The position numbers and the translations under genes were made by a program. From positions 1 to 39,803 of the forward strand of contig CAYTFB010000002.1 of NCBI GenBank assembly GCA_964437055.1: a DNA stretch of 39,803 bases, written 5' to 3'. Source of the DNA: an uncultured Candidatus Peribacteria bacterium. GTDB lineage: Bacteria; Patescibacteriota; Gracilibacteria; Absconditabacterales; Absconditicoccaceae. A model generated the notes under the pieces. The model saw only the letters and a program-made list of their open reading frames with translations, was not told the DNA's origin and ran no database searches. Numbering within the stretch: position 1 is the first letter of the stretch; every line of letters starts with the position of its first letter. Below, piece by piece: positions 1 through 10,231 of this stretch.

Positions 1-85
1 TGAGTGAATGGGGAGGATTTCAGCGTTTTGTGGGTGGTTTATGATGGATGGGAGGGCTTGTTTTTTTCTCGGATGTGATGACATT

Positions 86-273
86 GTCCCGTCATTGCGA
101 GGAGCGTTAGCGACGCGGCAATCCATTAGAATAGAGTTTTAGGTATCTGGATCGTTTCACTGTGTTCGCGATGACGAAAGTCCCGTCGTTGCGAGGAGCG
201 TTAGCGACGTGGCAATCCATTAGGATAGGATTTTAGGTATCTGGATCGCTTCGCTGTGCTCGCGATGACGAAG
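86..273. repeat. Two abutting 94-bp direct repeat units (86-179 and 180-273), GC-rich relative to the rest of the window
   Basis: Unit 1 reads GTCCCGTCATTGCGAGGAGCGTTAGCGACGCGGCAATCC...GTTCGCGATGACGAAA. Unit 2 reads GTCCCGTCGTTGCGAGGAGCGTTAGCGACGTGGCAATCC...GCTCGCGATGACGAAG. I count 9 mismatches by hand. Each unit has complementary ends (GTCATTGCGA / TCGCGATGAC) that could close a long stem. A degraded extra arm (TTTCGCTCGGAATGATAG) lies at about 412-429. Confidence 0.85.
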
Positions 274-297
274 TATTACTTTACAAATCTCCTCTAT

Positions 298-367
298 CTC
301 CTCTTTATCAAGAGGAGAAATGCTTTAGATATTTTTTTTAAAGTTCCCCTCCTTGATAAAGGAGGGG
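298..367. repeat. Pair of related perfect hairpins: CTCCTCTT-tatc-AAGAGGAG (298-317) and CCCCTCCTT-gata-AAGGAGGGG (346-367)
   Basis: Read directly from the sequence. The stems are 8 bp and 9 bp with 4-nt loops and share a purine/pyrimidine pattern. They lie 48 bp apart, just downstream of the 94-bp repeats. Confidence 0.75.
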
Positions 368-501
368 GTGAGGGAGGAATTTTGTCTTTAATCTGCTTCA
401 TGATTTCTCAATTTCGCTCGGAATGATAGATCATCCCACCCAGTTGAAAATAGAAATACTTTAAAATGCTTTTGCTTACAAATAAAAAAATGAAAATTCT
501 C

Positions 502-529
502 TTGAATTTGACTTTCAGATTCATATAAA
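502..529 (+). promoter_or_regulatory. Candidate sigma70-like promoter for the tRNA cluster (TTGAAT-N16-TATAAA)
   Basis: TTGAAT at 502-507 and TATAAA at 524-529, about 20 nt upstream of the tRNA-Phe 5' end. This is a motif match only, in AT-rich DNA. Confidence 0.35.
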
Positions 530-549
530 TTGTGCTGTTATCATCTTGG

Positions 550-624
550 GCCAAGGTAGCTCAGTGGTAGAGCAGAGGCCTGAAAAGCCTTGTGTCGGCA
601 GTTCGATTCTGCCTCTTGGCACCA
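550..624 (+). tRNA. tRNA-Phe (anticodon GAA), CCA encoded
   Basis: Hand-folded cloverleaf: acceptor GCCAAGG/TCTTGGC, D arm GCTC..GAGC, anticodon stem GAGGC/GCCTT with loop CTGAAAA, T arm GGCAG-TTCGATT-CTGCC, discriminator A, then CCA at 622-624. Confidence 0.9.
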
Positions 625-663
625 CTTGAAACTTAAAAAAACAAAAAAAGTAGGATTTGTTAT

Positions 664-740
664 GGGCGTGTAGCTCAGCTGGTTAGATCGCACCTCTGAT
701 AAGGGTGAGGCCGGTGGTTCGAGTCCACCCACGCCCACCA
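664..740 (+). tRNA. tRNA-Ile (anticodon GAU), CCA encoded
   Basis: Acceptor GGGCGTG/CACGCCC, anticodon stem CACCT/GGGTG with loop CTGATAA, T arm GGTGG-TTCGAGT-CCACC, discriminator A, then CCA at 738-740. Confidence 0.9.
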
Positions 741-774
741 TTTCAAATCATAATCTACTTCTTTGAGAGTATTT

Positions 775-848
775 CGGGGATTAGCTCAGATGGCTAGAGC
801 GCTTGGTTTGGGACCAAGAGGTCGCGAGTTCGAGTCCCGCATCCCCGA
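775..848 (+). tRNA. tRNA-Pro (anticodon UGG), no encoded CCA
   Basis: Acceptor CGGGGAT/ATCCCCG, anticodon stem CTTGG/CCAAG with loop TTTGGGA, T loop TTCGAGT, discriminator A at 848 followed by GAT. Confidence 0.9.
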
Positions 849-1059
849 GATTTGAAACAATCTTTCCAAATAATGATGAGGTTCTTTGGGGTAAAAAATA
901 ACGTCAGGCTTTGTCTTTATTGTTGCTTTTATGCTATGATTTAGGTGCAGTTTCTGTAGATACAATGATCTTTCGAGGTTTATTATCTATGGGTTGGTTT
1001 TTCACTCAGATTTCTTGCCTTTTGAGCTGGAAAGTGGGTAAAATCATTTTTTTTAGAGT

Positions 1060-1089
1060 TTGACTTGCAATTGCTGGGGAGATTAGTAT
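1060..1089 (+). promoter_or_regulatory. Candidate promoter upstream of tuf (TTGACT-N18-TAGTAT)
   Basis: TTGACT at 1060-1065 and TAGTAT at 1084-1089, about 40 nt upstream of the tuf ATG. Motif match only. Confidence 0.3.
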
Positions 1090-1130
1090 ATATGTTGTTA
1101 TGTTTTTTAATTTTATAAACAATTATTGTT

Positions 1131-2303
1131 ATGGCTACAAAACCACACGTAAATGTTGGTACCATTGGTCACGTAGATCATGGGAAGACTACATTGACTG
1201 CTGCGCTTACAGCTGTTGCAGCTACCAAGGGATTTGCTCAGGTATCTGCGTATGATCAGATTGACAATGCTCCAGAGGAGAAAGCGAGAGGAATTACTAT
1301 TGCATCTAGGCATGTAGAGTATGAGACAGATGGTAGACATTATGCACATATTGATTGTCCAGGGCATGCTGATTATGTAAAAAATATGATCGTTGGTGCT
1401 GCTCAGATGGATGGTGCGATTCTTGTTGTGTCTGCTGTTGATGGACCAATGCCTCAGACGAGAGAACATGTTCTTTTGGCAAAACAAGTAAATGTTCCAA
1501 AGATCGTTGTTTTCTTGAACAAATGTGATATGGTGGATGATGCTGATATGCTTGATCTAGTAGAAGAAGAGGTGAGAGAAATTTTGAAAAATAATGGCTT
1601 TGATGAAAATGCTCCTGTGATTAGAGGGTCTGCATTGAAAGCTACCGAAAATCCTACAGATGAGGCAGTAAATGCTCCTATTTTTGAACTTTTTGGTGCA
1701 TTGGATACTTATATTCCTGTTCCAGAGAGAGATAATGAAAAACCTTTCTTGATGCCAGTTGAGGATGTTTTCTCTATCAAAGGTAGAGGAACTGTTGCTA
1801 CAGGTAGAATTGAAAGAGGTATTGTAAAAATGGGAGATGAGCTTGAACTCCTAGGACTAGGGGCGGCTCCTGTAAAGACAGTTGTGACTGGAGTAGAGAT
1901 GTTTCACAAACAGTTTGATCAGGCAGAGGCTGGTATGAATGTTGGAATTCTCTTGAGAGGTGTTGATAAAGAGGCGATTGAAAGAGGTCAAGTACTTTCA
2001 AAGCCAGGTACTGTAAAAACTTATAAAAGATTTGAAGCGGAGGTGTACGTTTTGAAAAAAGAAGAAGGAGGAAGGCATACTCCATTTATGACTGGATATA
2101 GACCTCAGTTTTTCTTGAGAACGACAGATGTTACTGGAAATATCGAATTACCTGCAGGTACAGAGATGATTATGCCTGGAGATAATGCAAATATTGTTGT
2201 AGATCTTATCTATCCTGTAGCTATGGAAGATGGTTTGAGATTTGCAATTAGAGAGGGAGGAAGAACTGTTGGTGCAGGTGTTGTTACAAAGGTTTTAGAC
2301 TAA
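1131..2303 (+). CDS. tuf: Elongation factor Tu
   Basis: Intact 390-aa ORF. It carries [10 protein letters not shown] (G1), DCPGHADY (G3) and NKCD (G4), and ends ..[15 protein letters not shown]. No in-frame TGA. Confidence 0.98.
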   Translation: MATKPHVNVGTIGHVDHGKTTLTAALTAVAATKGFAQVSAYDQIDNAPEEKARGITIASRHVEYETDGRHYAHIDCPGHADYVKNMIVGAAQMDGAILVVSAVDGPMPQTREHVLLAKQVNVPKIVVFLNKCDMVDDADMLDLVEEEVREILKNNGFDENAPVIRGSALKATENPTDEAVNAPIFELFGALDTYIPVPERDNEKPFLMPVEDVFSIKGRGTVATGRIERGIVKMGDELELLGLGAAPVKTVVTGVEMFHKQFDQAEAGMNVGILLRGVDKEAIERGQVLSKPGTVKTYKRFEAEVYVLKKEEGGRHTPFMTGYRPQFFLRTTDVTGNIELPAGTEMIMPGDNANIVVDLIYPVAMEDGLRFAIREGGRTVGAGVVTKVLD

Positions 2304-2321
2304 TTAGATTGATTTTTCCTT

Positions 2322-2360
2322 GAGAGGCCAGTGGTTTTTGTTTGGGTCTCTCTTTTCTTT
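2322..2360 (+). terminator. Imperfect hairpin plus T-rich tract between tuf and rpsJ (possible attenuator or partial terminator)
   Basis: GAGAGGCCA...TGGGTCTCTC stem with one bulge at 2322-2352, followed by TTTTCTTT. Confidence 0.35.
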
Positions 2361-2385
2361 GCTTTATATTTAAATGTTTTCTTGA

Positions 2386-2715
2386 ATGTCGGTAGATAAA
2401 AAAAATCAGGCTCCTAGGATGAGAATAAAGCTTAAAAGTTATGATGTGAGGATGCTGGAGTCTTCTGTTTCCAAGGTAGTTGCACTATTGGTAAAATCTG
2501 GTGCTGAGATAAAAGGACCGATCCCTTTGCCAAAGTCTAGAAAGGTGTATACAGTCTTGAGGTCAAACTTTATGTATAAAAAATCTAGAGAGCAGTTTGA
2601 GAGGATTTCTTATGCTAGAGTTATCGATGTGGTAGAAAGCGGTTCTAAAACTATGGAATATCTCCAAAATTTGGCAATCCCTGTTGGAGTTCTGGTAGAT
2701 ATCAAGGTTTTTTAA
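2386..2715 (+). CDS. rpsJ: 30S ribosomal protein S10
   Basis: 109-aa ORF reading ..RIKLKSYDVRMLESS..KGPIPLP... It occupies the canonical slot between tuf and rplC. Confidence 0.95.
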   Translation: MSVDKKNQAPRMRIKLKSYDVRMLESSVSKVVALLVKSGAEIKGPIPLPKSRKVYTVLRSNFMYKKSREQFERISYARVIDVVESGSKTMEYLQNLAIPVGVLVDIKVF

Positions 2716-2823
2716 AGATAAAAGACAAATGACAAACCGCGGATTTATTATTGTAGATGGGATGAATTCGTGGTTCATGATTTGTAGTTTGTTGTTTTAA
2801 TTTATGTTATTGGGTTTTGTAGG

Positions 2824-3432
2824 ATGTATACAAAGTGAGGACTTATAGTTACAAAACAAGAGATGATGAAGATTTGGGTAGATAGCGTTTTTACTCCAGT
2901 TACCTTGGTAAAGGTACTTCCTCAAGAGGTTTTGAGATACAAGACTTTGGAAAAAGATGGCTACGCTGCTGTTGTAGTGGGGGTTGAAAAGAAGCCTGAA
3001 GATAAAAAGTTGAGAAAAAATGAACTGCCTTTCTCAAAGTTGGTGGAATTTTCTATTAATGATTCTTTTGTTGAAAAATACAAAGAAGGGGATGTTTTGG
3101 ATGCTACTGCATTGGAGTGAATAGAAACAGTTTCTGTTGTGGGAACTTCTAAGTGAAAGGGTTTTCAGGGAATTATCAAAAGACGAAATATGATTACAGG
3201 GTGAGCTACTCATGGACACAAGTTTACTAGAGCTGGTGCTTCAAAGGGAAATAGAAAACCTAGAAGAGTACAAAAATGACACCCTTTGCCAGGGCATATG
3301 GGATCAGAAAAAATTATCCTCAAAAAAATAAAATTATTAGATGTTATTCAAAATGACCAAGAAACACTTTTGGTGTTGAAAGGTTCTTTGCCTGGTCATA
3401 AAAATGCTCAATTAAAATTAATACTTGAATAG
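2824..3432 (+). CDS. rplC: 50S ribosomal protein L3
   Basis: Extends ORF 2863..3120 through in-frame TGA at 2836, 3118, 3154, 3202 and 3277 to TAG at 3430. It reads ..VGTSKgKGFQG.. and ..VQKgHPLPGHMG.. (g = TGA). I prefer ATG 2824 (MYTKgGLIVTKQEMMKIW) over 2863. Confidence 0.92.
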
Positions 3433-3462
3433 TTTTTTTAGTTTTTTCTTCTAGAAAAAAAG

Positions 3463-4086
3463 ATGTCTTATGTTATCAAGGTTTATGATAAGTGATGAAA
3501 GTCTGTTCGTGATTTTGAATTTGATGCAACTAGATTTGCTGCAGAAAAAATCAACCCTTCTTTGATCCATGAATATTTATTATACCAGCAGTCAAATGCT
3601 CGTAAAGCGATAGCTTCTACAAAAACAAGAGGAGAAGTTGCAGGATCTGGTAGAAAACTTTATAGACAAAAAGGGACTGGTAGGGCAAGAGTTGGAGACA
3701 AAAATTCTCCTATTAGAAGAGGTGGTTGAGTGGCTTTTGGTCCTAGTTCTGAAAGAAATTTTGAAAAGTCAATGAATAAAAAGATGAGAAATCTGGCTTT
3801 AGATAGTACTATTTCTGCAAAATTAGATGATAATGCGGTGATTGGTTTAGAATTATCTAGTATGGAAGTAAAAACAAAAGATGCAATTGCCGTACTCTCT
3901 GCTCTCTCACTCCAAGAAAAAAAGATTCTTTTGGTTTTGGGAGAAAAAAATGAAGGAATAGAAAAGTCTTTTAGAAATATTGAAGGACTAAAATTGCTTT
4001 TGGTAGATTATTTGAATCCTTATGATTTGTTACATGCAGATTCTGTAGTCTTTTGTGAATCGGCTTTACAAAAATTTGCAAAATAG
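3463..4086 (+). CDS. rplD: 50S ribosomal protein L4
   Basis: Starts [12 protein letters not shown].. and continues ..[27 protein letters not shown]... It joins ORF 3730..4086 (offset 267 nt) through TGA at 3493, 3496 and 3727. Confidence 0.93.
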
Positions 4087-4125
4087 TTGAAAAATATATT
4101 TATGTTTTCTAATTAAATAATCATC

Positions 4126-4467
4126 ATGACATTCAAGGATATTTTAAAACAAAGAGCTAGAAAATCTGTTGCTCCTAAGGCAATCGATAAGGTATGACCT
4201 TACGGAATTATTCTTGCACCAGTTTTTACAGAAAAGACCTACCAAAAACAAGAGGAGGAAAATAAGTATGTATTCAAGGTGCATCCAGATGCCAACAAAA
4301 ATGATGTTGCTTTGGCTATAAAGTATATTTATAAGGTAACACCAGTAAAAATAAATGTTTTAAATACAGCTTTTAAGGGAAGATCTAGAAGACCTTTGGT
4401 AAAAAGATCTTATAAAAAAGCAATCATTACCCTCTCTGAAAAAGAAAAAATCGATTTTGCTATTTAA
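4126..4467 (+). CDS. rplW: 50S ribosomal protein L23
   Basis: Starts MTFKDILKQRARKSV..KVgPYGIILAPVFTEKT... It joins ORF 4279..4467 (offset 153 nt) through one TGA. Confidence 0.92.
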
Positions 4468-4508
4468 TTAAGGTTGATCTATTTATCTATTATAAATGTT
4501 AGTTTGCA

Positions 4509-5360
4509 ATGGCATTAAAAAAATATAAACCCTATACCCCATCTAGAAGATTTATGCTGTGATATGATTTTTCTGAACTTACCAAAAAAAGACCAGAGAA
4601 ATCTCTTACAAAAACCATTTCTGGAAGTGGTGGAAGAAATAATCAAGGAAGAACTACTGTGAGATTTATGGGTTGAAGGCATAAAAGACTCTACAGGTTA
4701 GTTGATTTTAGAGGTTATGATAAATTAGATATTCCTGCAAAAGTTGCAAGTGTTGAATATGATCCTTATAGAACTGCTAGAATTGCTCTTTTGAATTATG
4801 TAGATGGAGAAAAAAGGTACGTACTTGCCTGGAAAGGAATCCTAGTAGGACAAGAAGTTATGAATGGAGTTAAAGGTGAAATTGCTGCTGGAAATAGAAA
4901 ACAATTGAAAGATATTCCAGAAGGAATGCAAATTTATAATTTGGAGATTACGCCTTTTTCTAAAGGAAAGTTGATCAAATCTGCTGGTGCTTCTGCAACA
5001 ATATCAGGAAAAGATGAAGCTTCAGGGTTGGTTTTTGTAAAAATGCCTTCTGGAGAGGTGAGAAAATTTAATGCAAATTGTTGGGCTACTATTGGAGAGG
5101 TTTCCAATGCTGATCATAAAAACATGGTGATAGGAAAGGCTGGTAGACAAAGATGGCTTTGAAAAAAACCAAGAGTTCTTGGTAAGAGTATGAACCCAGT
5201 AGACCATCCTCATGGAGGAGGTGAGGGACATGCACCTATTGGTTCAAAACGTGGTCCTAAGTCTTTTGCTGGTAAGTTGGTTGGATCTGGAATTAAAACC
5301 AGAAGAGGAAAAAAACGATCAGATGATTTTATCGTATCCAAAAGAAAGAAGAAGAAATAG
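4509..5360 (+). CDS. rplB: 50S ribosomal protein L2
   Basis: Starts [21 protein letters not shown].. and continues ..RFMGgRHKRLYR.. (TGA 4674-4676 in the GGGHK motif) and ..[26 protein letters not shown]... It contains ORF 4791..5162. Stop is TAG at 5358. Confidence 0.96.
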
Positions 5361-5406
5361 GAATAGAAGTGGTGAAATATTTTATTTACTTTATTGTAGT
5401 TGTTAA

Positions 5407-5664
5407 ATGGCTAGATCTCTGAAAAAAGGTTTCTATGTAAATGAAAAACTGTTAAAAAAGGTTCTAAAAATGAATGAAACCTGAGATAAGAAAGTACTAA
5501 AGGTTTGGGATAGAGCATCTCAAATTGTACCTGAAATGATCGGTTTTACCTTTGCTGTGCATAGTGGAAAACAATTTGTGAGTGTATATGTGACAGAAGA
5601 TATGCTTTGACATAGATTGGGAGAGTTTGTTCCAACGAGATCATTTAGGGGACATCCTTTCTAG
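5407..5664 (+). CDS. rpsS: 30S ribosomal protein S19
   Basis: Starts [19 protein letters not shown]..ETgDKK..[18 protein letters not shown]. In-frame TGA at 5482 and 5608. The gene is absent from the ORF track because of these. Confidence 0.94.
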
Positions 5665-5701
5665 TTTGCTTATTTACTTTATCTAATATCGTATCTTAAT
5701 T

Positions 5702-6040
5702 ATGAAAACTGAGGTTTCAGCGACATTAAAATATGCTCTTATATCAGACAAAAAACTCAATTTAGTTGCTGATTTGGTGAGAGATAAAAGCGTTTTGGAC
5801 GCTCTAAATGTTTTAGAATATATGCCTAAAAAATGAGCCAGAATTCTTTACAAGTTGATCAAATCTGCTTCTGCTAATGCAGTAAATAATAATAAATTGG
5901 CTTTAGATGATTTACTTATCAAAGAGATTTTGGTTGGAAAGTGACCAAAAATTAGGAGGGTAAGGTTTGTTTCTAGATCTAGAATTAGCCATTATGAAAA
6001 ATATAGATCTTATGTAAAGGTTGTTTTAACTACTAAGTAA
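5702..6040 (+). CDS. rplV: 50S ribosomal protein L22
   Basis: Starts MKTEVSATLKYALISDKKLNLVADLVRDK..MPKKgARILYKLIKSASANA..VGKgPKIRRVRF... Stop is TAA at 6038. Confidence 0.93.
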
Positions 6041-6050
6041 TAATTAATTA

Positions 6051-6719
6051 ATGGGACAAAAGGTAAATCCAATAGGAATGAGAGTTGGAATTATGAAATC
6101 TTGGCCAGGTGAATGGTATGCAAAAGACCAAAGAACTGGAGCAGACTTTTTTGTGGAAGATGTTGCTATCAGAAATATGATTGAAAAAGAGTTTGTAAGA
6201 GCTGGGATTGCAAAAGTAGTTATTAGAAAAACTCTTAAAGAGGTAGAAGTAATTATCTTTGCATCCAAGGTTGGAGTATTGATGGGAAAGTGAGGTGAAA
6301 GAATTAAGGCCTTTGAGCAGAAAATGCAAAAAAAGCTGAATAAAACCTTCAAAATAACGGTAAAGGAGGTTAGAAATCCAGAGCTTTCTGCAAAAATTAT
6401 GGCTGAATTTATTGCTACTCAATTAGAGTCTAGAATGCCTTATAGGAGGGTTGCAAAAAATGCCTTATCAAGGATTATGGATAGAGGTGCAAATGGAGCA
6501 AAAATTCAGATTGGATGAAGACTTTGAGGGGCAGATATGGCAAGAAGTGAAAAGTTTATTGAAGGAAGGGTTTCTCTTCAAACTTTTAGGTCTGATGTTG
6601 ATTATCATTATATGCAAGCAATGACCAAATATGGAGTATTGTGAATAAAGGTTTGGATAGAAAAAAAATCTACTCTTGGACCAAAAAAATCAAAAAAAAG
6701 AAGCATCAATTTGGATTAA
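6051..6719 (+). CDS. rpsC: 30S ribosomal protein S3
   Basis: Starts [13 protein letters not shown].. and joins ORFs 6051..6293 and 6324..6518 plus a tail. It reads ..[16 protein letters not shown].. with TGA at 6516 and 6525. Stop is TAA at 6717. Confidence 0.96.
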
Positions 6720-6757
6720 AATATTATTTTTTTAGTTATCATTAGTTAGATATAATC

Positions 6758-7177
6758 ATGTTGTTGACACCAAAAAAATGGAAGCATAGAAAGCAGATGG
6801 TGCCTTCTCTCAAAGGAAAAACAACCAAGGGAAGTCAGGTAGTTTTTTGAGAGTTTGGAATGAAAGCACTTACAAGCGCTTATATCACCAATAAACAACT
6901 CGAGGCTGCTAGAAAGGTTATTGTTAGGCATACCAGAAAGGTTGGAAAATTTTGGATTAGGGTATTTCCGGATACTCCAATTACCAAAAAATGATTGGAA
7001 ATGCCGATGGGATCTGGAAAAGGAGACGTGGATATTTATGCTGCTCCAGTGAGAAAAGGAAAAATTCTATTTGAGGTGTCAGGAATTGATAGAGAGTTGG
7101 CAGAAAAGGTGCTTATCAGTGCAGGTAAAAAGTTACCAGTAAAGGTAAGAGTTGTAGAAAAAGGAGAAGTTAGATAG
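6758..7177 (+). CDS. rplP: 50S ribosomal protein L16
   Basis: Starts MLLTPKKWKHRKQM..VVFgEFGMKAL..ITKKgLEMPMGSGKG... It joins ORF 6995..7177 (offset 237 nt). Confidence 0.94.
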
Positions 7178-7205
7178 TTTTATATATTTTCATTTAAAAT
7201 TTACA

Positions 7206-7412
7206 ATGAAGGGTACTGGTTTATTTATAAAAGAACTTCAGTGAAAAACTCCAAAGGAGTTGGTGCTTATGAGGAGAAAACTCAAGCAAGAATTGTTTGA
7301 ACTTAGGATGAAAAATAGTCTCAGAGCCCTAAAAGAAACTCATAAAATTGGTGAAATTAGGCTTAAAATTGCTAGGATAAATACTATTTTACACTCTAAG
7401 ATTAATAACTAA
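7206..7412 (+). CDS. rpmC: 50S ribosomal protein L29
   Basis: Starts MKGTGLFIKELQgKTPKELVLMRRKLKQELFELRMK... The TAA stop overlaps the rpsQ ATG (TAATG at 7410-7414). Confidence 0.9.
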
Positions 7413-7663
7413 TGACAATTATTGGAGATAAAAATATCAAAGAACTCGTTGGGGAGATCGTTAGTTCTAAAATGAATCTAACCTCTGTAGTGTTAGTGAA
7501 ATCTGTGAAGGTGCATCCTCTTTATAAAAAAAGATATGTGGTTAGAAAAAAATACTATGCTCACAATCCAGAAAATAAAGCTGTAGAAGGGGATAATGTA
7601 AAAATTAGAGCTATTAGTCCTATGAGTAAGACTAAAAAATGGGAAATTGTGGAAATTATGTAA
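7412..7663 (+). CDS. rpsQ: 30S ribosomal protein S17
   Basis: 83-aa ORF reading ..ELVGEIVSSKMNLTSVVLV..HPLYKKRY... Its position fits the S10-spc order. Confidence 0.92.
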   Translation: MTIIGDKNIKELVGEIVSSKMNLTSVVLVKSVKVHPLYKKRYVVRKKYYAHNPENKAVEGDNVKIRAISPMSKTKKWEIVEIM

Positions 7664-7689
7664 TTTTAGATATTATTTTGTCTTAAAAG

Positions 7690-8067
7690 ATGTTACAACA
7701 AGAGTCAATGGTCGTAGTAGCTGATAACTCTCAAGCTAAGAAAGCAAAAGTAATTAGAGTTTTAAAATGAAGCTCTGGAAGATTTGCAAAGGTTGGAGAT
7801 AGAGTTGTTGTTGCTGTGAGAGAAGTAGCTCCTGGTTCTACCTTAAAAAAAGGAGATATTGCGCAGGCAGTAGTGGTGAGAACTAAAAAAGAAACAAGAA
7901 GAACTGATGGTAGTTATATTAGATTTGCAGATAATGCAGTAGTATTGCTTACCAAAGATGCGAAGGGAAATATGAGCCCAATTGGAAAAAGGGTCTTTGG
8001 GCCTGTAGCTAGAGAGTTAAGAGAAAATTATAGAAATATTACTAATATGGCAGAAGAGGTATTGTAA
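7690..8067 (+). CDS. rplN: 50S ribosomal protein L14
   Basis: Starts MLQQESMVVVADNSQAKKAKVIRVLKgSSGRFAKVGD... It joins ORF 7816..8067 (offset 126 nt). Confidence 0.95.
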
Positions 8068-8098
8068 TTTATTTACTTGTTTTATAGCTTTTAAAAAA

Positions 8099-8389
8099 AT
8101 GAGAAAGTTGAGAAAATGAGATCCAGTTGTTGTGATTTCAGGAAAACATAAAGGAGCTGTTTCAAAAATTGAAAAAGTTTCTGGAGATTTGGTCTATCTA
8201 GATGGAGTAAATGTAGTTAAAAAAGCGATGAAAGGGCAAGGTTTCGTAAAAAAAACTCTTCCTCTTCATATTTCAAATGTGGCATATTATCTTTCAGAAG
8301 AAAAAAAGCCGACAAGAATCGCTATTGAAACTACAAAATCTGGAAATAGAGTGAGAAGAGCTGTTAAAACTTGAAAAATTATTGATTAG
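8099..8389 (+). CDS. rplX: 50S ribosomal protein L24
   Basis: Starts MRKLRKgDPVVVISGKHKG.. and ends ..RRAVKTgKIID. It contains ORF 8132..8374. Stop is TAG at 8387. Confidence 0.92.
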
Positions 8390-8418
8390 TATTTTAGTTA
8401 TCTGTTTTACCATCCAAG

Positions 8419-8943
8419 ATGAAAAAGTCAGAATTATATTCAAAACTAAAAGACCATTTGGGACTAAAAAATGTTAATGAGGTTCCAAAGATAGATAAGG
8501 TTGTTGTTGCTATGGGAATTGGTTCTTTAGTTACAAGAAAGGGGCATAAAGATTTTGAGGAATTTGAGAGAAATATGAGACAGATTACAGGACAAAAACC
8601 TGTGATGGTACATTCCAAAAAATCTATCTCAAATTTTAAATTGAGAGAAGGAATGCCAGTAATGTTGAGAGTTACTTTGAGAGGACAGAGAGCTTATGAT
8701 TTCTTGGAAAGATTGAATAAATTGGTTTTCCCTAGGATTAGAGACTTTTCATGAATTTCAAAGAGAAAGTTTGATCAGGGGGGAAATCTTAGTATTGGTA
8801 TTAAAAATTATAATGTTTTTCCGGAGTTGGGATTAGATGATGTTAGTATCCCAATGGGATTGCAGATCACCGTTGTTCCAACGACAGCAAATAAAAATGA
8901 CTCACAAAAGTTATTAGAAGAAATCTGATTTATCTTTCAATAG
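8419..8943 (+). CDS. rplE: 50S ribosomal protein L5
   Basis: Extends ORF 8419..8754 through TGA: ..PRIRDFSgISKRKFDQGGNLSIGIK.. and ..LLEEIgFIFQ. Stop is TAG at 8941. Confidence 0.94.
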
Positions 8944-8972
8944 AATTTTTTATTCCTATCTTGTTATAAATT

Positions 8973-9188
8973 ATGGCTAGAGCAGCGTTAAAAGCAAAAC
9001 AATCCAAGATGTATCACAAAAGATTTACCAAGGGAGAAAAACTTTCTCAACCAACAAAATACTACAATAGATGTAGAGTTTGTGGCAGATCTAAAGCATA
9101 TGTAAGAGATTTTGGAGTTTGTAGAGTATGTTTGAGAAAGTATGCCAGAGAAGGACTGATTATTGGTTTAAGGAAAGCTAGTTGGTAG
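8973..9188 (+). CDS. rpsN: 30S ribosomal protein S14, zinc-ribbon (type Z-like) form
   Basis: 71-aa ORF with CRVCGR...CRVCLR (CxxC-x12-CxxC) ending ..GLRKASW. Confidence 0.92.
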   Translation: MARAALKAKQSKMYHKRFTKGEKLSQPTKYYNRCRVCGRSKAYVRDFGVCRVCLRKYAREGLIIGLRKASW

Positions 9189-9222
9189 AATATTTTTTAT
9201 CTTATGATAATGACAGCAAAAA

Positions 9223-9627
9223 ATGACATATGTAAATGCACCCATTCATGATCTTTTGATTAGAATCAAAAATGCATACATGGCAAGAAAGACAACAGTA
9301 AATGATGTTGTTCACTCGAAGTTTAAAGTAAGTATTTTGGAACTCTTACAAGAGTATGGTTTTGTGAAAGGATTTGAAGTGCTTGAACAAGACAATAAAA
9401 GAGTAATAAATATTACCTTAAAAAAGGTTGTAGATCCAATCAATGATATCCCAGAGATCAAATTTTTTTCCAAACCCTCTAGACCATGGTATGTGGGATA
9501 CAAGGATCTCAAGGGAGTTGCTGGAGGTAAGGGAATAGGAATTATTTCTACAAGTCAGTGATTGATGGCGGTTCATGTAGCAAAAGAGAAAAAACTCTGA
9601 GGAGAGTTGATTGCTGAAATTTATTAA
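9223..9627 (+). CDS. rpsH: 30S ribosomal protein S8
   Basis: Extends ORF 9223..9561 through TGA at 9559 and 9598: ..GIGIISTSQgLMAVHVAKEKKLgGELIAEIY. Stop is TAA at 9625. Confidence 0.93.
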
Positions 9628-9659
9628 GATATCTTTATTTATTTTACAAGCTTTGTTAA

Positions 9660-10202
9660 ATGTCTAATATTGGAAGAAAGCCTTTATTATTGCCTGATGG
9701 AGTTTCTTTTCAGATGGAAAATACTTTGGCTAAAGTTCAAGGACCAAAAGGATCCCTAGAGCTTCAAATCCTTGAGGATGTGATTATAAAACAAGAAGAG
9801 GGAGTTCTTACTTTTTCTATCAAAGATGAAGAAAAAAGAAATTTACGAGGATTGTATAGGAGTTTGGTAGAAAATATGGTACTAGGAGTATCCGAAGGAT
9901 TTCAAAAAAAACTTTTGATTATTTGAGTAGGATATGCTGCAAAACTAGAAGGAAAAACTTTAGTATTGTCTTTGGGATTTGCACATAAGGTTAACTTTGA
10001 GATTCCAGAGGGAATCGATATCTTGGTAGAACAGGATGCGAAGGGAAATACTATTTTGACAATTTCTGGTATCAATAAAGAATTGGTAGGAGAAGTTTCT
10101 GCAAAAATTAGATCCTTTAGAAAACCAGAACCTTACAAAGGAAAAGGAATTAGATATATGGATGAAGTAGTGAGACTCAAAGCAGGGAAAGCCGCAAAAT
10201 AA
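9660..10202 (+). CDS. rplF: 50S ribosomal protein L6
   Basis: Joins ORFs 9660..9926 and 9966..10202 (offset 306 nt) through one TGA: ..KKLLIIgVGYAAKLEGKTL... Confidence 0.94.
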
Positions 10203-10231
10203 TATTTTAACTATCTAATTAGATTGAGGAG

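Noticed and set aside
1-129. Open frame from the window edge to TAG at 127-129 under table 25
   Set aside because: It runs through the GC-rich repeat arm, has no recognisable protein features, and is more economically explained as non-coding repeat sequence. I cannot exclude that it is the tail of an upstream gene.
86-273. Possible CRISPR array
   Set aside because: There are only two repeat units. They are 94 bp long and directly abutting with no spacers, and there are no cas genes in the window.
541-741. Track ORF 541..741 (-), 66 aa
   Set aside because: It lies entirely over tRNA-Phe and tRNA-Ile on the opposite strand and is an artefact of reading tRNA genes as protein.
1113-2085. Track ORFs 1113..1487, 1306..1500 and 1798..2085 (-)
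   Set aside because: They are antisense to the unambiguous EF-Tu gene, have low-complexity translations, and match no family.
6044-6422. Track ORFs 6044..6352 and 6048..6422 (-), 102 and 124 aa
   Set aside because: They are antisense to rpsC, which reads cleanly on the + strand under table 25.
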